Position numbers and translations under genes: made by a program
Notes under the pieces: generated by a model
What the model was told of the DNA's origin: nothing
Databases searched by the model: none
The model's input: only the letters and a program-made list of their open reading frames with translations
Origin: an uncultured cyanobacterium
GTDB lineage: Bacteria > Cyanobacteriota > Cyanobacteriia > Cyanobacteriales > Nostocaceae
DNA length: 64,000 nt
Direction of reading: 5' to 3'
Assembly (NCBI GenBank): GCA_963740315.1
Contig: CAVUDP010000002.1
Coordinates: 672,001 to 736,000 of the forward strand
In this document: positions 41,469 to 51,230 of the stretch, piece by piece
Position numbering within the stretch: the first letter of the stretch is position 1
How the letters are laid out: every line of letters starts with the position of its first letter

Positions 41469-42139
41469 TTACATAGTTTATAGGCTCTTGAGACGCTAAC
41501 CAAGGTTTTTTGGTTTCTTTAGATACCCGTGTAAAAATAAGTGTTTTATTATTTAAAGAATCTTTGCACATCCTTCCCTAGCCGTCAAGACTAGCTAATT
41601 CAAGCAATTTTGATATTATTTTTAGATTAAGCGATTCCAAATTATAAATGAAGATTTTAAAAAGTTTTAACTTATCTCAGCAATTATTCCGACTCAGTAT
41701 CACAGCTATCAATTCAATCGAGGAATAAGTGTTAAGTCGGAAAATATATTTCTTAAAGTTACAAATAATACTGTTTTTTAAATAAAAATAAATTTGATAT
41801 TAAGTAAAAAGAATTCTCAGTATAGTAGCTATGTATTGAAAAGTTAAATAGTAAATTGTCGCACTATAGCAGATGAACCCAGCTAACCATTTTTGAAAAA
41901 GTTATATTGATATCACAAATTATTGCTCTGTGCATCCTATACTCTTGAATATTTCTTAATTCTTAAGATATAAAATAATTCATCCTGGCGATAGTTGTGG
42001 CTTTACAAACTTTCTAAAAAACGCGAAAAAGTTTACATATCTATATAAATCAATTAAATTTAAACTGATAAACGATATACAAAAATTAATTCCCTTAAAG
42101 AGATTAAATAAATATAAGCCTTGCATAGACTAATAATTG

Positions 42140-42898
42140 ATGAATGAATCATTACCATCCACATCCACAACTCTTATTTCAACAGCATTAATTGCGATCG
42201 CCTTAGCGCTAACGCATTTATTTGGCGGAAAATTGGACTTCGCAAAAGTTCCTCGCAATCGCTGGTTGAGTGGTGCAGGAGGAGTATCGGTTGCTTACGT
42301 ATTCGTACATATACTACCGGAATTAAACGAACATCAAACAGTTTTAGACGAAACGCAAACCGGGTTAATCTCTTATTTAGAACATCACGTTTACCTGCTA
42401 GCCTTATTAGGATTAAGCATATTTTATGGCTTAGAAAGAATGGCGAGTGAATCGAGGGAAAATCAAGAAAAAGCAGGTAAAGGAGACATTACAACCCAAG
42501 GAGTATTTTGGGTACATATTGCTTCTTTTGCAATTTATAATGCTTTAATTGGCTATTTATTAATGCATCGAGAAGAGCCGGATATAAAAAACTTGTTACT
42601 GTATAGTTTAGCAATGGCGCTTCATTTTGTTGTCAACGACTTCGGCTTACGAGAAAATCACAAGCATCTCTACGATCGCATCGGACGCTGGATATTAGCA
42701 TCAGCAGTTATTGTAGGATGGGTAATAGGCAGCGGTACTCAAATTGGAGAAATGGCGATCGCCGTTCTTTTTGCTTTTTTAGCAGGAGGAATTGTTCTTA
42801 ACGTACTTAAAGAAGAACTTCCCGAAGAACGAGAAAGCCGTTTTTGGGCTTTTGCATTGGGTGCAGCAATTTATAGTGCTTTACTTTTAGCTTTGTAA
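42140..42898 (+). CDS. Multi-pass membrane protein (ZIP-like)
   Basis: GGVSVAYVFVHILPEL, ALHF, FLAGGIVLNVLKEELP. Confidence 0.7.
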   Translation: MNESLPSTSTTLISTALIAIALALTHLFGGKLDFAKVPRNRWLSGAGGVSVAYVFVHILPELNEHQTVLDETQTGLISYLEHHVYLLALLGLSIFYGLERMASESRENQEKAGKGDITTQGVFWVHIASFAIYNALIGYLLMHREEPDIKNLLLYSLAMALHFVVNDFGLRENHKHLYDRIGRWILASAVIVGWVIGSGTQIGEMAIAVLFAFLAGGIVLNVLKEELPEERESRFWAFALGAAIYSALLLAL

Positions 42899-43283
42899 TC
42901 GATCTGTAATATCCTCAGATGTCACCGAAAAGAAAAGGTAAGACGGGGTTTCGATCGTGTAACTTACCCGAAATCCGAAGTAGGTTATACGCCGTTTTTA
43001 AATCAAAGCAGGTATAAAAATAATTTCTCTACTATTTCTTAGGATATAAAATTTTATCCCTAAAGATAGACACCGATAAGAATAATAGTTATTGCCTCAG
43101 CTAGAAGAATTAACTAGGAAAAAAGTGTAAGTTTTAATTAAATGAAATTCAATTTAAGAATTTGATTTACTACAAATGATTCATTCAATTGTTTTAAATC
43201 TATTTAGAGATAAATTCATTCTATATAAATAAAAGTGCTTCTACAGGCAGAAACTAACTATTTTGAAGATTAAAGAGGTATTT

Positions 43284-43916
43284 ATGCTTAAGAATAACAA
43301 AAATCTCGGCACCTTGAAGAAACTTTTGAGCGGCTTTGCAATTGTGATTCCTTTCCTTCCATTAGCTGCATTTGCCGTTCCGGCTCGTCCCAACCCGAAG
43401 CGCAATCCCTGTCCTAAAATTTATTACGAGGAACCTTACAACAACAAGATATTAGTTCCCGCAGGATGCACGCCTAATGCTGCAACTCAACGTTGGAAAC
43501 AAACCGGACAAGCTGTGGATCAATCGCTCAATGTAGTACCCCCGGCTACAAACGTAAAACCCATACAGCCACCTGTACCAGAAGCTCGTCAATCTGCGAT
43601 CGCTACTATCAAGCCAATGATGGATGGTAAAGTGAGCGTAATGTTGAAAAATGATACTAATGCTCGCATTTCCTATCAAGCTGTTACATATACTGAAGTT
43701 CGGTATTTGGAACCTGGAAAAGAAGTAACTTTACGCGATCTTCCTACACCAGTTACCATCACTATGGTAAGAGAAGATGAAGGACTGTTACGAGTAATGC
43801 CAATGTCTGCTAAAGAAGATGGTATGTTAACAGTTAATTTGGATGAAAAAACAAAATTTGATAACAACCAAGGTGTTTTAAGAATTCAGTCAGATGGTGA
43901 TGTCTTTTTGAACTAA
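43284..43916 (+). CDS. Secreted hypothetical protein
   Basis: GAGG RBS before ATG 43284; signal peptide; PCPKIYYEEP...GCTPN. Confidence 0.7.
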   Translation: MLKNNKNLGTLKKLLSGFAIVIPFLPLAAFAVPARPNPKRNPCPKIYYEEPYNNKILVPAGCTPNAATQRWKQTGQAVDQSLNVVPPATNVKPIQPPVPEARQSAIATIKPMMDGKVSVMLKNDTNARISYQAVTYTEVRYLEPGKEVTLRDLPTPVTITMVREDEGLLRVMPMSAKEDGMLTVNLDEKTKFDNNQGVLRIQSDGDVFLN

Positions 43917-43978
43917 GAATTTGAACTAAAACTTATAAGTTTTATCTACGGTGCATTGTAATTTAAAATGGAGCAAAG

Positions 43979-44821
43979 ATGCAAAAGGTTCGTAAACAGA
44001 AAAAGTCATTGAATTTAAGTAAAACTTTGAGTGGATCGATGAATAAATTTGGCAGATTTCAGGGTGCGATCGTATTAGCTGTAATGGCTTTAGTACTTCC
44101 TGCTTGTAATAATAATGAAGCAAATGTTCCCGGTGCGGGAAACGTTACCACTGAAGAAGTTGCAAGCAATACTGCTGCATTAGATGGTAAAACTGTAACT
44201 GTTAGAAGCGAACCTAAAGCTAAAGTAGGTCCAGCTTCTTTTACCGTAGAGGATGAAAAATTCTTTGGTAGCGAACCTATTTTAGTTATTAACGCTTCGG
44301 GAGAAGCTTTTGTTCTACCTGCGGATGACGATACAGAAATCCAGGTAACGGGTGTAGTTCAGAATTTGGTAATCGCAGATGTCGAACGCGAATATAGTTT
44401 GACTTTGGACAGACAGTACTACGTAGACTACGAAAATAAACCTGCAATTATTGCTAAGTCTATTGCATTATCACCCGATCCAGGCGATATTACCAAAAAT
44501 CCCGAAAAATATTATAATAAGCGCCTTGCGGTAACGGGTGAAGTTGAAGATATTCAAAACGCCAGCATCTTTACGCTGGATGAAGATAAGTTATTCGGTG
44601 CGACAGATTTGTTAGTTTTTAATCCCAAACCAAAAGTAGCTGTTAAAGATGATGAAGTAGTAGCAGTTACCGGGGTACTTCGTCAGTTTGTAGTTGCTGA
44701 TTTTGACCGCGAATACGATCTAGGATGGGATTTAAAGCTTAAGCAGAAGCTAGAAGCCGAGTACAAAACCAAACCTGTATTTGTAGCTGATAACGTATAT
44801 CCTTCGGCAATTTCCGACTAA
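43979..44821 (+). CDS. Lipoprotein with two internal repeats
   Basis: LPAC lipobox; repeated VTG/FxxxExxxFG units; true start may be 44039. Confidence 0.7.
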   Translation: MQKVRKQKKSLNLSKTLSGSMNKFGRFQGAIVLAVMALVLPACNNNEANVPGAGNVTTEEVASNTAALDGKTVTVRSEPKAKVGPASFTVEDEKFFGSEPILVINASGEAFVLPADDDTEIQVTGVVQNLVIADVEREYSLTLDRQYYVDYENKPAIIAKSIALSPDPGDITKNPEKYYNKRLAVTGEVEDIQNASIFTLDEDKLFGATDLLVFNPKPKVAVKDDEVVAVTGVLRQFVVADFDREYDLGWDLKLKQKLEAEYKTKPVFVADNVYPSAISD

Positions 44822-44920
44822 CTTAAATCTGTTAATTAAGAAGAGGCTGGGATTGTTCTTATCTCAGCCTTTTGACTGTTTGATTTAACATCTACCTTAT
44901 TTTTATATATTCCTCAAACA

Positions 44921-45733
44921 ATGGCTAATCAAACGCAAAATAGTTTTCATTGGAGTCCAAAAATAATTTTTAGCATTGCTTTCTTTGGGCTTCTGGTTGG
45001 ACTTTACTTCATATTTGTACGGCAACCGGCTGCAACTCCAGGAATGATGACGGTATCTGAAATAGCAAGAGATAAAGATGATTTGATTGGTAAATTTGTC
45101 ACAGTTAGAAGCAAATATATTGAACAACTCGGTCCTACTTCCTTTGCTGTAAGTAAAAGAAAATTCTTGATCCAAAGTAAACCAGTTATTATTATTAATG
45201 CATCGGGTAAAGTCTTTAATCTTCCCACGCAAAAAGACACAGAAGTGCAAGTTACGGGTACGGTACGTCAGTTAGATATACCCAAGCTTGAAAAAGAATT
45301 TAACTTAAGATTGCGAGATAAAGTTTACGAAGACTATAAAAATGTAACTGCTATTGTTGCTCAGCATATAGCTTTAGCGCCCGAAATAAATGATATTGCC
45401 GATAATCCGAGTAAATACTATAACCGACGCTTGGCACTTACTGGAGAAATAGATAGCATTCAAAATTCCAAAATGTTTACTTTGGATGAAGATGATTTAC
45501 TCGGTGAAGAAGATTTATTAGTTTTTAATCCTACTCCTGCAATGGCTGTGAACAACGACCAAACAGTAGCCGTAACAGGGGTTCTGCGTCCATTCCGAGT
45601 TGCGGAAATGGAAAAAGAGTATAAATTTACTTGGGATGAAGGATTGAAGAAAGAGATGGAATTAAAGTATAACGAAAAACCCGTATTGATTGCCGATACT
45701 GTTTATCCTTCAAGGGTTTCAATTTTAGATTGA
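44921..45733 (+). CDS. Membrane-anchored paralog of the preceding gene
   Basis: Shares VTVRS, GPxSF, INASG, NPxKYYNxRLAxTGE, FTLDED, ADxVYPS. Confidence 0.75.
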   Translation: MANQTQNSFHWSPKIIFSIAFFGLLVGLYFIFVRQPAATPGMMTVSEIARDKDDLIGKFVTVRSKYIEQLGPTSFAVSKRKFLIQSKPVIIINASGKVFNLPTQKDTEVQVTGTVRQLDIPKLEKEFNLRLRDKVYEDYKNVTAIVAQHIALAPEINDIADNPSKYYNRRLALTGEIDSIQNSKMFTLDEDDLLGEEDLLVFNPTPAMAVNNDQTVAVTGVLRPFRVAEMEKEYKFTWDEGLKKEMELKYNEKPVLIADTVYPSRVSILD

Positions 45734-46561
45734 TTAGTAGGTTAGAAGAAAGGAAAAAATGTCCGAGGTGGATGGGGTAATAACATCTTGCACCATTACC
45801 CATTGGAATTTACTTGTTTTTCAGCGAACCCGTATTCTGATTACAAACTGCGGGAGCAATAGAAGCCACACATTTCCCCATAGTTACGGTATTAACGCCG
45901 TATCTCGATCGGCGAATGTTATCAAAAGAACTGCAACCATCTAAGTTTACCTTTTGAACAACTGTTTTAACGGCAATTTTCTTTGTCGAATTCACCGTAG
46001 TTTACTTACTGCAATTAACTGGCATTTTGGCAACAAGATGCTTAACTGATAAAATTATAATTAATAATTCAATAAACCCAGTTTAAGAAAACCGGGTTTT
46101 TCATTATTACAAATTCTTGTAATATATTTAATTCATATCTCTATTGCGATCGCTATTTTCTTTAAGAAACTTCATAAAAATATTTTTGATAAAAAAATGC
46201 ATCTCTACAGATATAAACTGATAAAATAACTATCTTAAGACATACATCCGATCGACTTTTAAACCCTAACTATAGATAGGTGTATCCTTATTAGTTTTAG
46301 AGATATTACTTGAATTAAGTAAAGTTGATCGTTACCTAATTTACACCTACATAACATTTGTTTGTAAATAGGTTGTAGATTTAGTTTTAACTATGCGAAC
46401 TTCAGAATAAAAAATTTGATTTTAATCAGAAATTTTATTAGTAAACGTTTCGATGTTGATTGAATTATACAGTTAGTATCATGTTGTTCGTCGAAAAATC
46501 ACTAAAACATTAAATTTATCGGCAGATAAATCAATTAATATTTCATAAACTACATTCACAA

Positions 46562-46912
46562 TTGCAAACGATTGAAATCAAAATGGCACCCGAAATAGAA
46601 ATCGTAACTCAACCAAGCACTCGCGTATCGCCAAATATTCCACCTTCAAGCGAAGTCACAACTATCCAAGTTGGTTTAGCCGTCATTCCCGTGGCTTTTG
46701 TCATTACTTTGGCGTTTATCTTTTTCAAACAAGTCAAGTATCGTAAAAATTTATATACTCAACTTGTTAATTTAAAGCGTATTTCTTCCATTCCCTGTCG
46801 TAAATGTCAGTTTTTTAACAATAATCAACAGCTTCCTTGTGCCGTACAACCCGCGCTGGTTTTAAGTGAAGAGGCTGTCAATTGTGGTGACTACGCTCCA
46901 AAAAGGAAATAA
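46562..46912 (+). CDS. Small membrane protein with C-terminal Cys4 motif
   Basis: One TM then PCRKCQFF...LPCAVQP...CGDY; start uncertain (possibly 46583). Confidence 0.65.
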   Translation: MQTIEIKMAPEIEIVTQPSTRVSPNIPPSSEVTTIQVGLAVIPVAFVITLAFIFFKQVKYRKNLYTQLVNLKRISSIPCRKCQFFNNNQQLPCAVQPALVLSEEAVNCGDYAPKRK

Positions 46913-47356
46913 AGTTAAACTCATCGATGGTGTTCTTTTAGCTTATATTGCTCGGAAGCGTAGCGAAGTAATTGAATACGAACCCGCAGCAGCAACTTCA
47001 GGGCGATAGTTTTTTTAACCTATATCTATATATAGATTTGTCACTAAGTAAGTCAGCACAAATAAACCTGCGCTACATAACACAATGTAAATTGGCTTGA
47101 AAGCCTTGCTCTTAATGCCTACTGCCTACTCCCTTGTCCGGCATTAAGATTTGGCTACGCCGATTTAGTTGTATCAGACTTCTTAGATTAAATAAATAAT
47201 TCTTGCCTACTATCTATCTGTAGAAAAATAAAATTTAGATTGCGAAAAATTTAATCAAGAATTCTATCGAGAGGTCTATTGAAAAAAAATCAACTCTATA
47301 TCAATGTTGTATGAGGTTAAATTAGACCAGAAATTACTTAGTCTTAAGGAGAAATT

Positions 47357-47926
47357 ATGAATACAGGTGAAATGCAGCGTGCAGTTGGTACTTTTGCTTC
47401 TCGTCCAGAAGCAGAGAAAGCGCTCCACGAACTAAGAGATGCTGGCTTCAATATGGACAAAATTTCCGTAGTTGTTAAAAATGCTGAAGGTCAGAACCAG
47501 GTAAGCGGTACAGATTACGAAAAATCAAACAGCGAACAAGCAGCCGGAGGAGCCAAAGCTGGAGCAACAGCTGGAGGAGTCACCGGGGGAATAATTGGTT
47601 TGATACCTAGTTTGGGTGTCTTAGCAATCCCTGGTGTTGGTCCGGCAGCGGAAATAGGGATAATACTCGCAAATACTCTGATCGGTGGTGGTATTGGTGC
47701 GGCTAGCGGTGGTTTACTCGGTGCTTTGATTGGTTGGGGAGTACCTGAAGAACGCGCAAATTATTATAATGATAAGCTAAGCCAAGGATATTATGTTGTA
47801 CTGGTTGAAGGAACCTCAACAGAAATCAACACGGCTCAATCGATTTTAAGCAATGGCGGAGTGCGAGATTGGGAAATTTATAATTCACCCACAACTGGAA
47901 GTGTTCGCACTAACGCGGGTATATAG
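47357..47926 (+). CDS. General stress protein (YflT-like with Gly-zipper)
   Basis: AVGTF...AEKALHELRDAGF, IPGVGP, GWGVPEERA; AAGGAG RBS. Confidence 0.8.
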   Translation: MNTGEMQRAVGTFASRPEAEKALHELRDAGFNMDKISVVVKNAEGQNQVSGTDYEKSNSEQAAGGAKAGATAGGVTGGIIGLIPSLGVLAIPGVGPAAEIGIILANTLIGGGIGAASGGLLGALIGWGVPEERANYYNDKLSQGYYVVLVEGTSTEINTAQSILSNGGVRDWEIYNSPTTGSVRTNAGI

Positions 47927-47986
47927 TTTGTGGCTCATCAATACTAATTAAAAAATACGGAGACGTTGCACTGCAACGTCTCTACA

Positions 47987-48250
47987 TTATTTATCAGACA
48001 ACTCAAATCTATAAGTCTCGCCATGAGTTAGATACGTTACCCGTTCATCGAGTCTGGCTTCTGCAACGGATTGCATAAACTCTTCAAGAGGTGATTTCAT
48101 CACGGTGTAATCGTTGTAATGAATCGGAATAGTTAAATTTGGTGCAATAATTTTGATTGCTTCTACACCCTGTTTCGCATCCATAGTTAACAGAATTCCG
48201 AAGATTTTCGTTCCTCCAAGGTGAACTAAACCTAAAGCAATTTTGACCAA
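47987..48250 (-). pseudogene. 3' remnant of a metallo-beta-lactamase-fold hydrolase
   Basis: HLGGT...TMDAKQG...IPIHYNDY is a C-terminal MBL segment; no HxHxDH; a palindromic element abuts the 5' side. Confidence 0.7.
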
Positions 48251-48353
48251 ATTTTAGGGGCATTTGTAGTGCGAGCGGGACGCTCCCTGGTGGTAGCGAG
48301 CGGGACGCTCGCACTACACGTATGTGACTCAACAATGTTGATTTGGTCGATTA

Positions 48354-49220
48354 CTACGCTCCGACTACTACACCACCATTAGGATGTAATACCTGTCCGG
48401 CAAAGTAAGAAGAGTCATCTGATGCTAGAAAAACAAAACTGGTAGCAACTTCAACTGGTTGCCCTGGGCGTTCCATCGGTACTTGTTTACCAAAGCCTTC
48501 GACTTTTTCGGCAGGGAACGCATCCGGAATAAAAGGAGTCCAAATCGGTCCGGGAGCTACTCCATTCACGCGGATACCTTTCTTTAATAACGATTGAGAT
48601 AGGGAACGAGTAAAGGCAAGGATTGCACCTTTGGTTGTGGAGTAGCTGAGTAAAGGAGCATTACCTTTGTAAGCATTAATCGAAGTAGTATTAATAATCG
48701 AGCTACCTTCTTTGAGGTGGGGAATTGCAGCTTTGCACAAATAAAACATCGAGAAGATATTGGTACTAAAAATACTACCCAAACGTGCCGCATCGATATC
48801 TTCTAAAGTTTCAGGATTTTCCATGTACTGCTCGGCAGCGTTATTAACCAGAATATCTAGTCTACCCAACCCATCTACGGTTTTTTGTACTACCTCAGCA
48901 CAAAACTTTTCGTTGCTAATATCTCCTGGCAATAACAAACACTTTTGTCCTTCTGCTTCCACTAACTTTTTAGTTTTTTCAGCATCCTCGTGTTCGTTGA
49001 GATAAACGATCGCAACGTCTGCACCTTCTTTAGCGTACAGCACCGACACAGAACGACCGATACCGCTGTCACCGCCAGTAATTAGAGCTACTTTACCCTT
49101 TAATTTATCGCTTCCTTTATAGCTTTCGCGATCGTACTGCGGTTGAGGCTTCATTTCCGATTCTAATCCAGGCTGCTTATCTTGAGACTGAGCAGGAATT
49201 TGGTCTGGGGTAATAGTCAT
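48354..49220 (-). CDS. SDR oxidoreductase (YdaD/YhxC general-stress type)
   Basis: ITGGDSGIG, NNAA, YSTTKG, PGPIWTP; AGGAG RBS before ATG 49220. Confidence 0.92.
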   Translation of the reverse strand: MTITPDQIPAQSQDKQPGLESEMKPQPQYDRESYKGSDKLKGKVALITGGDSGIGRSVSVLYAKEGADVAIVYLNEHEDAEKTKKLVEAEGQKCLLLPGDISNEKFCAEVVQKTVDGLGRLDILVNNAAEQYMENPETLEDIDAARLGSIFSTNIFSMFYLCKAAIPHLKEGSSIINTTSINAYKGNAPLLSYSTTKGAILAFTRSLSQSLLKKGIRVNGVAPGPIWTPFIPDAFPAEKVEGFGKQVPMERPGQPVEVATSFVFLASDDSSYFAGQVLHPNGGVVVGA

Positions 49221-49643
49221 GTTAGTTCTCCTTATTTTATTTATTAGGTACAATTAATCTTTTTTGGATGTTTTAAAAGTCGAATAAAGGTCGAAGCTAG
49301 TGTAAAACTATGCTAATCGTTTTGTTCAACAAGAAAATTAATTATATTAGCGATCGATTGAGAAGTTATCGAATAAAACTAAATTTAATCTTATTCTCTT
49401 TCTCCCTCCCGATGTTATGTGATGCTGTATCAATAAAACCTTTATCGCTAGATAGATTATGAAATTATATTTTTCTATAGAAAGAAGTAGAAAGAAGTTA
49501 GAGCTAACGGCGGATAGACATCTATCAATAGTTAGACTTATCTTTAAGTGCTAGAAACCCGGTTTTTTTAACTGGGTTTTTTCCAAAAGTGGATGCTACC
49601 GTTCAAATAACATTCCCCAGTAATTTATCAAAGGAGCAAATAT

Positions 49644-50030
49644 ATGTCAGTAAAAGAATTAAAAAAAAGCGATATGATGGCGCATCTGCTTTCTAGTCTC
49701 GATCGAGGTGAAGATATAGGTCATTACGGTAGATTAGTTTTTGCAATGGTAGCGCGTCACTTTTTAAGTGAATCCGAGCTAATTAGTTATCTCAGAAAAG
49801 ATAAAGATTTCAGCGAAGAAGATGCCCGCTCGATGTATTTACAGGTGCAAGGCAAAGACTATAATCCACCCAAGCGAGAGCGTATTTTGGAATGGCAATC
49901 TCAACAAGACTTCCCGATTTGCCCAAATCCCGATGACCCAGATTCCTGTAATGTATACAAAGACTTGCAGTTTCCCTCTGACATATACGAACAGATTTCC
50001 GAGTATCACGAACAAAAATCGGACAGTTAA
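49644..50030 (+). CDS. Conserved hypothetical protein
   Basis: AAGGAG RBS; DIGHYGRLVFAMVARHF, YNPP, CPNPDDPDSCNVY. Confidence 0.75.
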   Translation: MSVKELKKSDMMAHLLSSLDRGEDIGHYGRLVFAMVARHFLSESELISYLRKDKDFSEEDARSMYLQVQGKDYNPPKRERILEWQSQQDFPICPNPDDPDSCNVYKDLQFPSDIYEQISEYHEQKSDS

Positions 50031-50069
50031 ATTATTATTCCACCAGATTAATTTCCATAGATAATGCAT

Positions 50070-50252
50070 TAGACATCTCCGGAAAACAGAAAGACCCCCC
50101 TACCCTGTGTTAGCGTAGCGTGTCTTAGGACATGGGAATGGGGATAATGAAGCCTCTCTCCCAGTGAGGGAGAGGTTTGGAGAGAGGTCTAAAGGTTAGG
50201 TCTTTATCTAAAGAAGAAAACCATATATATAAATGTTTTCCGGAGATGTCTA
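50070..50252. mobile_element. MITE with perfect 19-bp terminal inverted repeats
   Basis: TAGACATCTCCGGAAAACA ... TGTTTTCCGGAGATGTCTA; TA at both ends; no coding capacity. Confidence 0.8.
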
Positions 50253-50750
50253 TTTGTAGTGTTCGCGTCTTGCTGCCTGCCGATCGCTAGCTCCCAAGAT
50301 GCGAGTAATAACCTGCTATATCGATCGACTTCAAATTTAAACAATTGTGTATCATTTTTTGGTCAAGCTTAACAAAGATTTAGAATAGCTTATATGTAGC
50401 ATTATGAATATGCACCATTATCAGAAACCAGGTTTGTTGCTCGTTTCACAACGAATTAATTATCAAAAACCAGGAGAAATCGGATTTATAAGCTTGCCCT
50501 CGAATGGTGAATATTGCCAACAATAACTGATATCTTACACTAGTGTCAGAAACCCGGAATATTTTCGTATAAACATGAATATCTCGTTGTTCATTCAGCA
50601 TATTCCGGGTTTATGCAGAGCTTGTTGAGATTGCTGCAAGATGTCAGGAATAACTAACTATAAATGATAGCAAGGAGAAATTTGTTTAATTAAGTGGGAA
50701 AGTGTAATTTTATCAATATTTATCTTTATTTATCTTTATTAATAAAATAA

Positions 50751-51230
50751 ATGACACCTACAAATATTCTTCAAGATTTGCAATATAACGACTTAATGAA
50801 AATGCGAACTGTGTCAGAGGTAATGCAAAGATCGGTGATTCATGCATCGCCTTCTGCTGACTTACTTAGTATCGCTCAAATTATGACACAGAAGAAAATT
50901 AGTAGTGTTGTAATTGCACAAGAAGAAGTAGTAGGAGCAGGGAGAAAAGTTTTTGCCGTTGGCATAATTTCAGAACGAGATGTAGAGCTACTTCAAGGTT
51001 TGGAACTGGATTTAGCTAATATTCAGGCGAAAACGGTGATGAGTAGCTCGTTATTTTCCGTGCGTGCAAATGATTCGCTCTTTGATGCTTTATCACAAAT
51101 GCAGCGTAGAAATTTGCAACAATTAGTGGTAGTCGGGGATGCAGGGGAATTGGTAGGAATTTTAACTCAATCTAGTTGTTTACAAGCACTGTCGTATGTA
51201 AGAAAAAAGACATTAATCTTACTGAAGTAG
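50751..51230 (+). CDS. CBS-domain pair (probably the 5' part of a frameshifted kinase gene)
   Basis: VSEVM, GIISERD, VMS, LVGILTQS. Confidence 0.8.
   Translation: MTPTNILQDLQYNDLMKMRTVSEVMQRSVIHASPSADLLSIAQIMTQKKISSVVIAQEEVVGAGRKVFAVGIISERDVELLQGLELDLANIQAKTVMSSSLFSVRANDSLFDALSQMQRRNLQQLVVVGDAGELVGILTQSSCLQALSYVRKKTLILLK

Noticed and set aside
45759..45995. Two short overlapping opposite-strand ORFs
   Set aside because: No recognisable motif or convincing RBS; a small protein or sRNA cannot be supported
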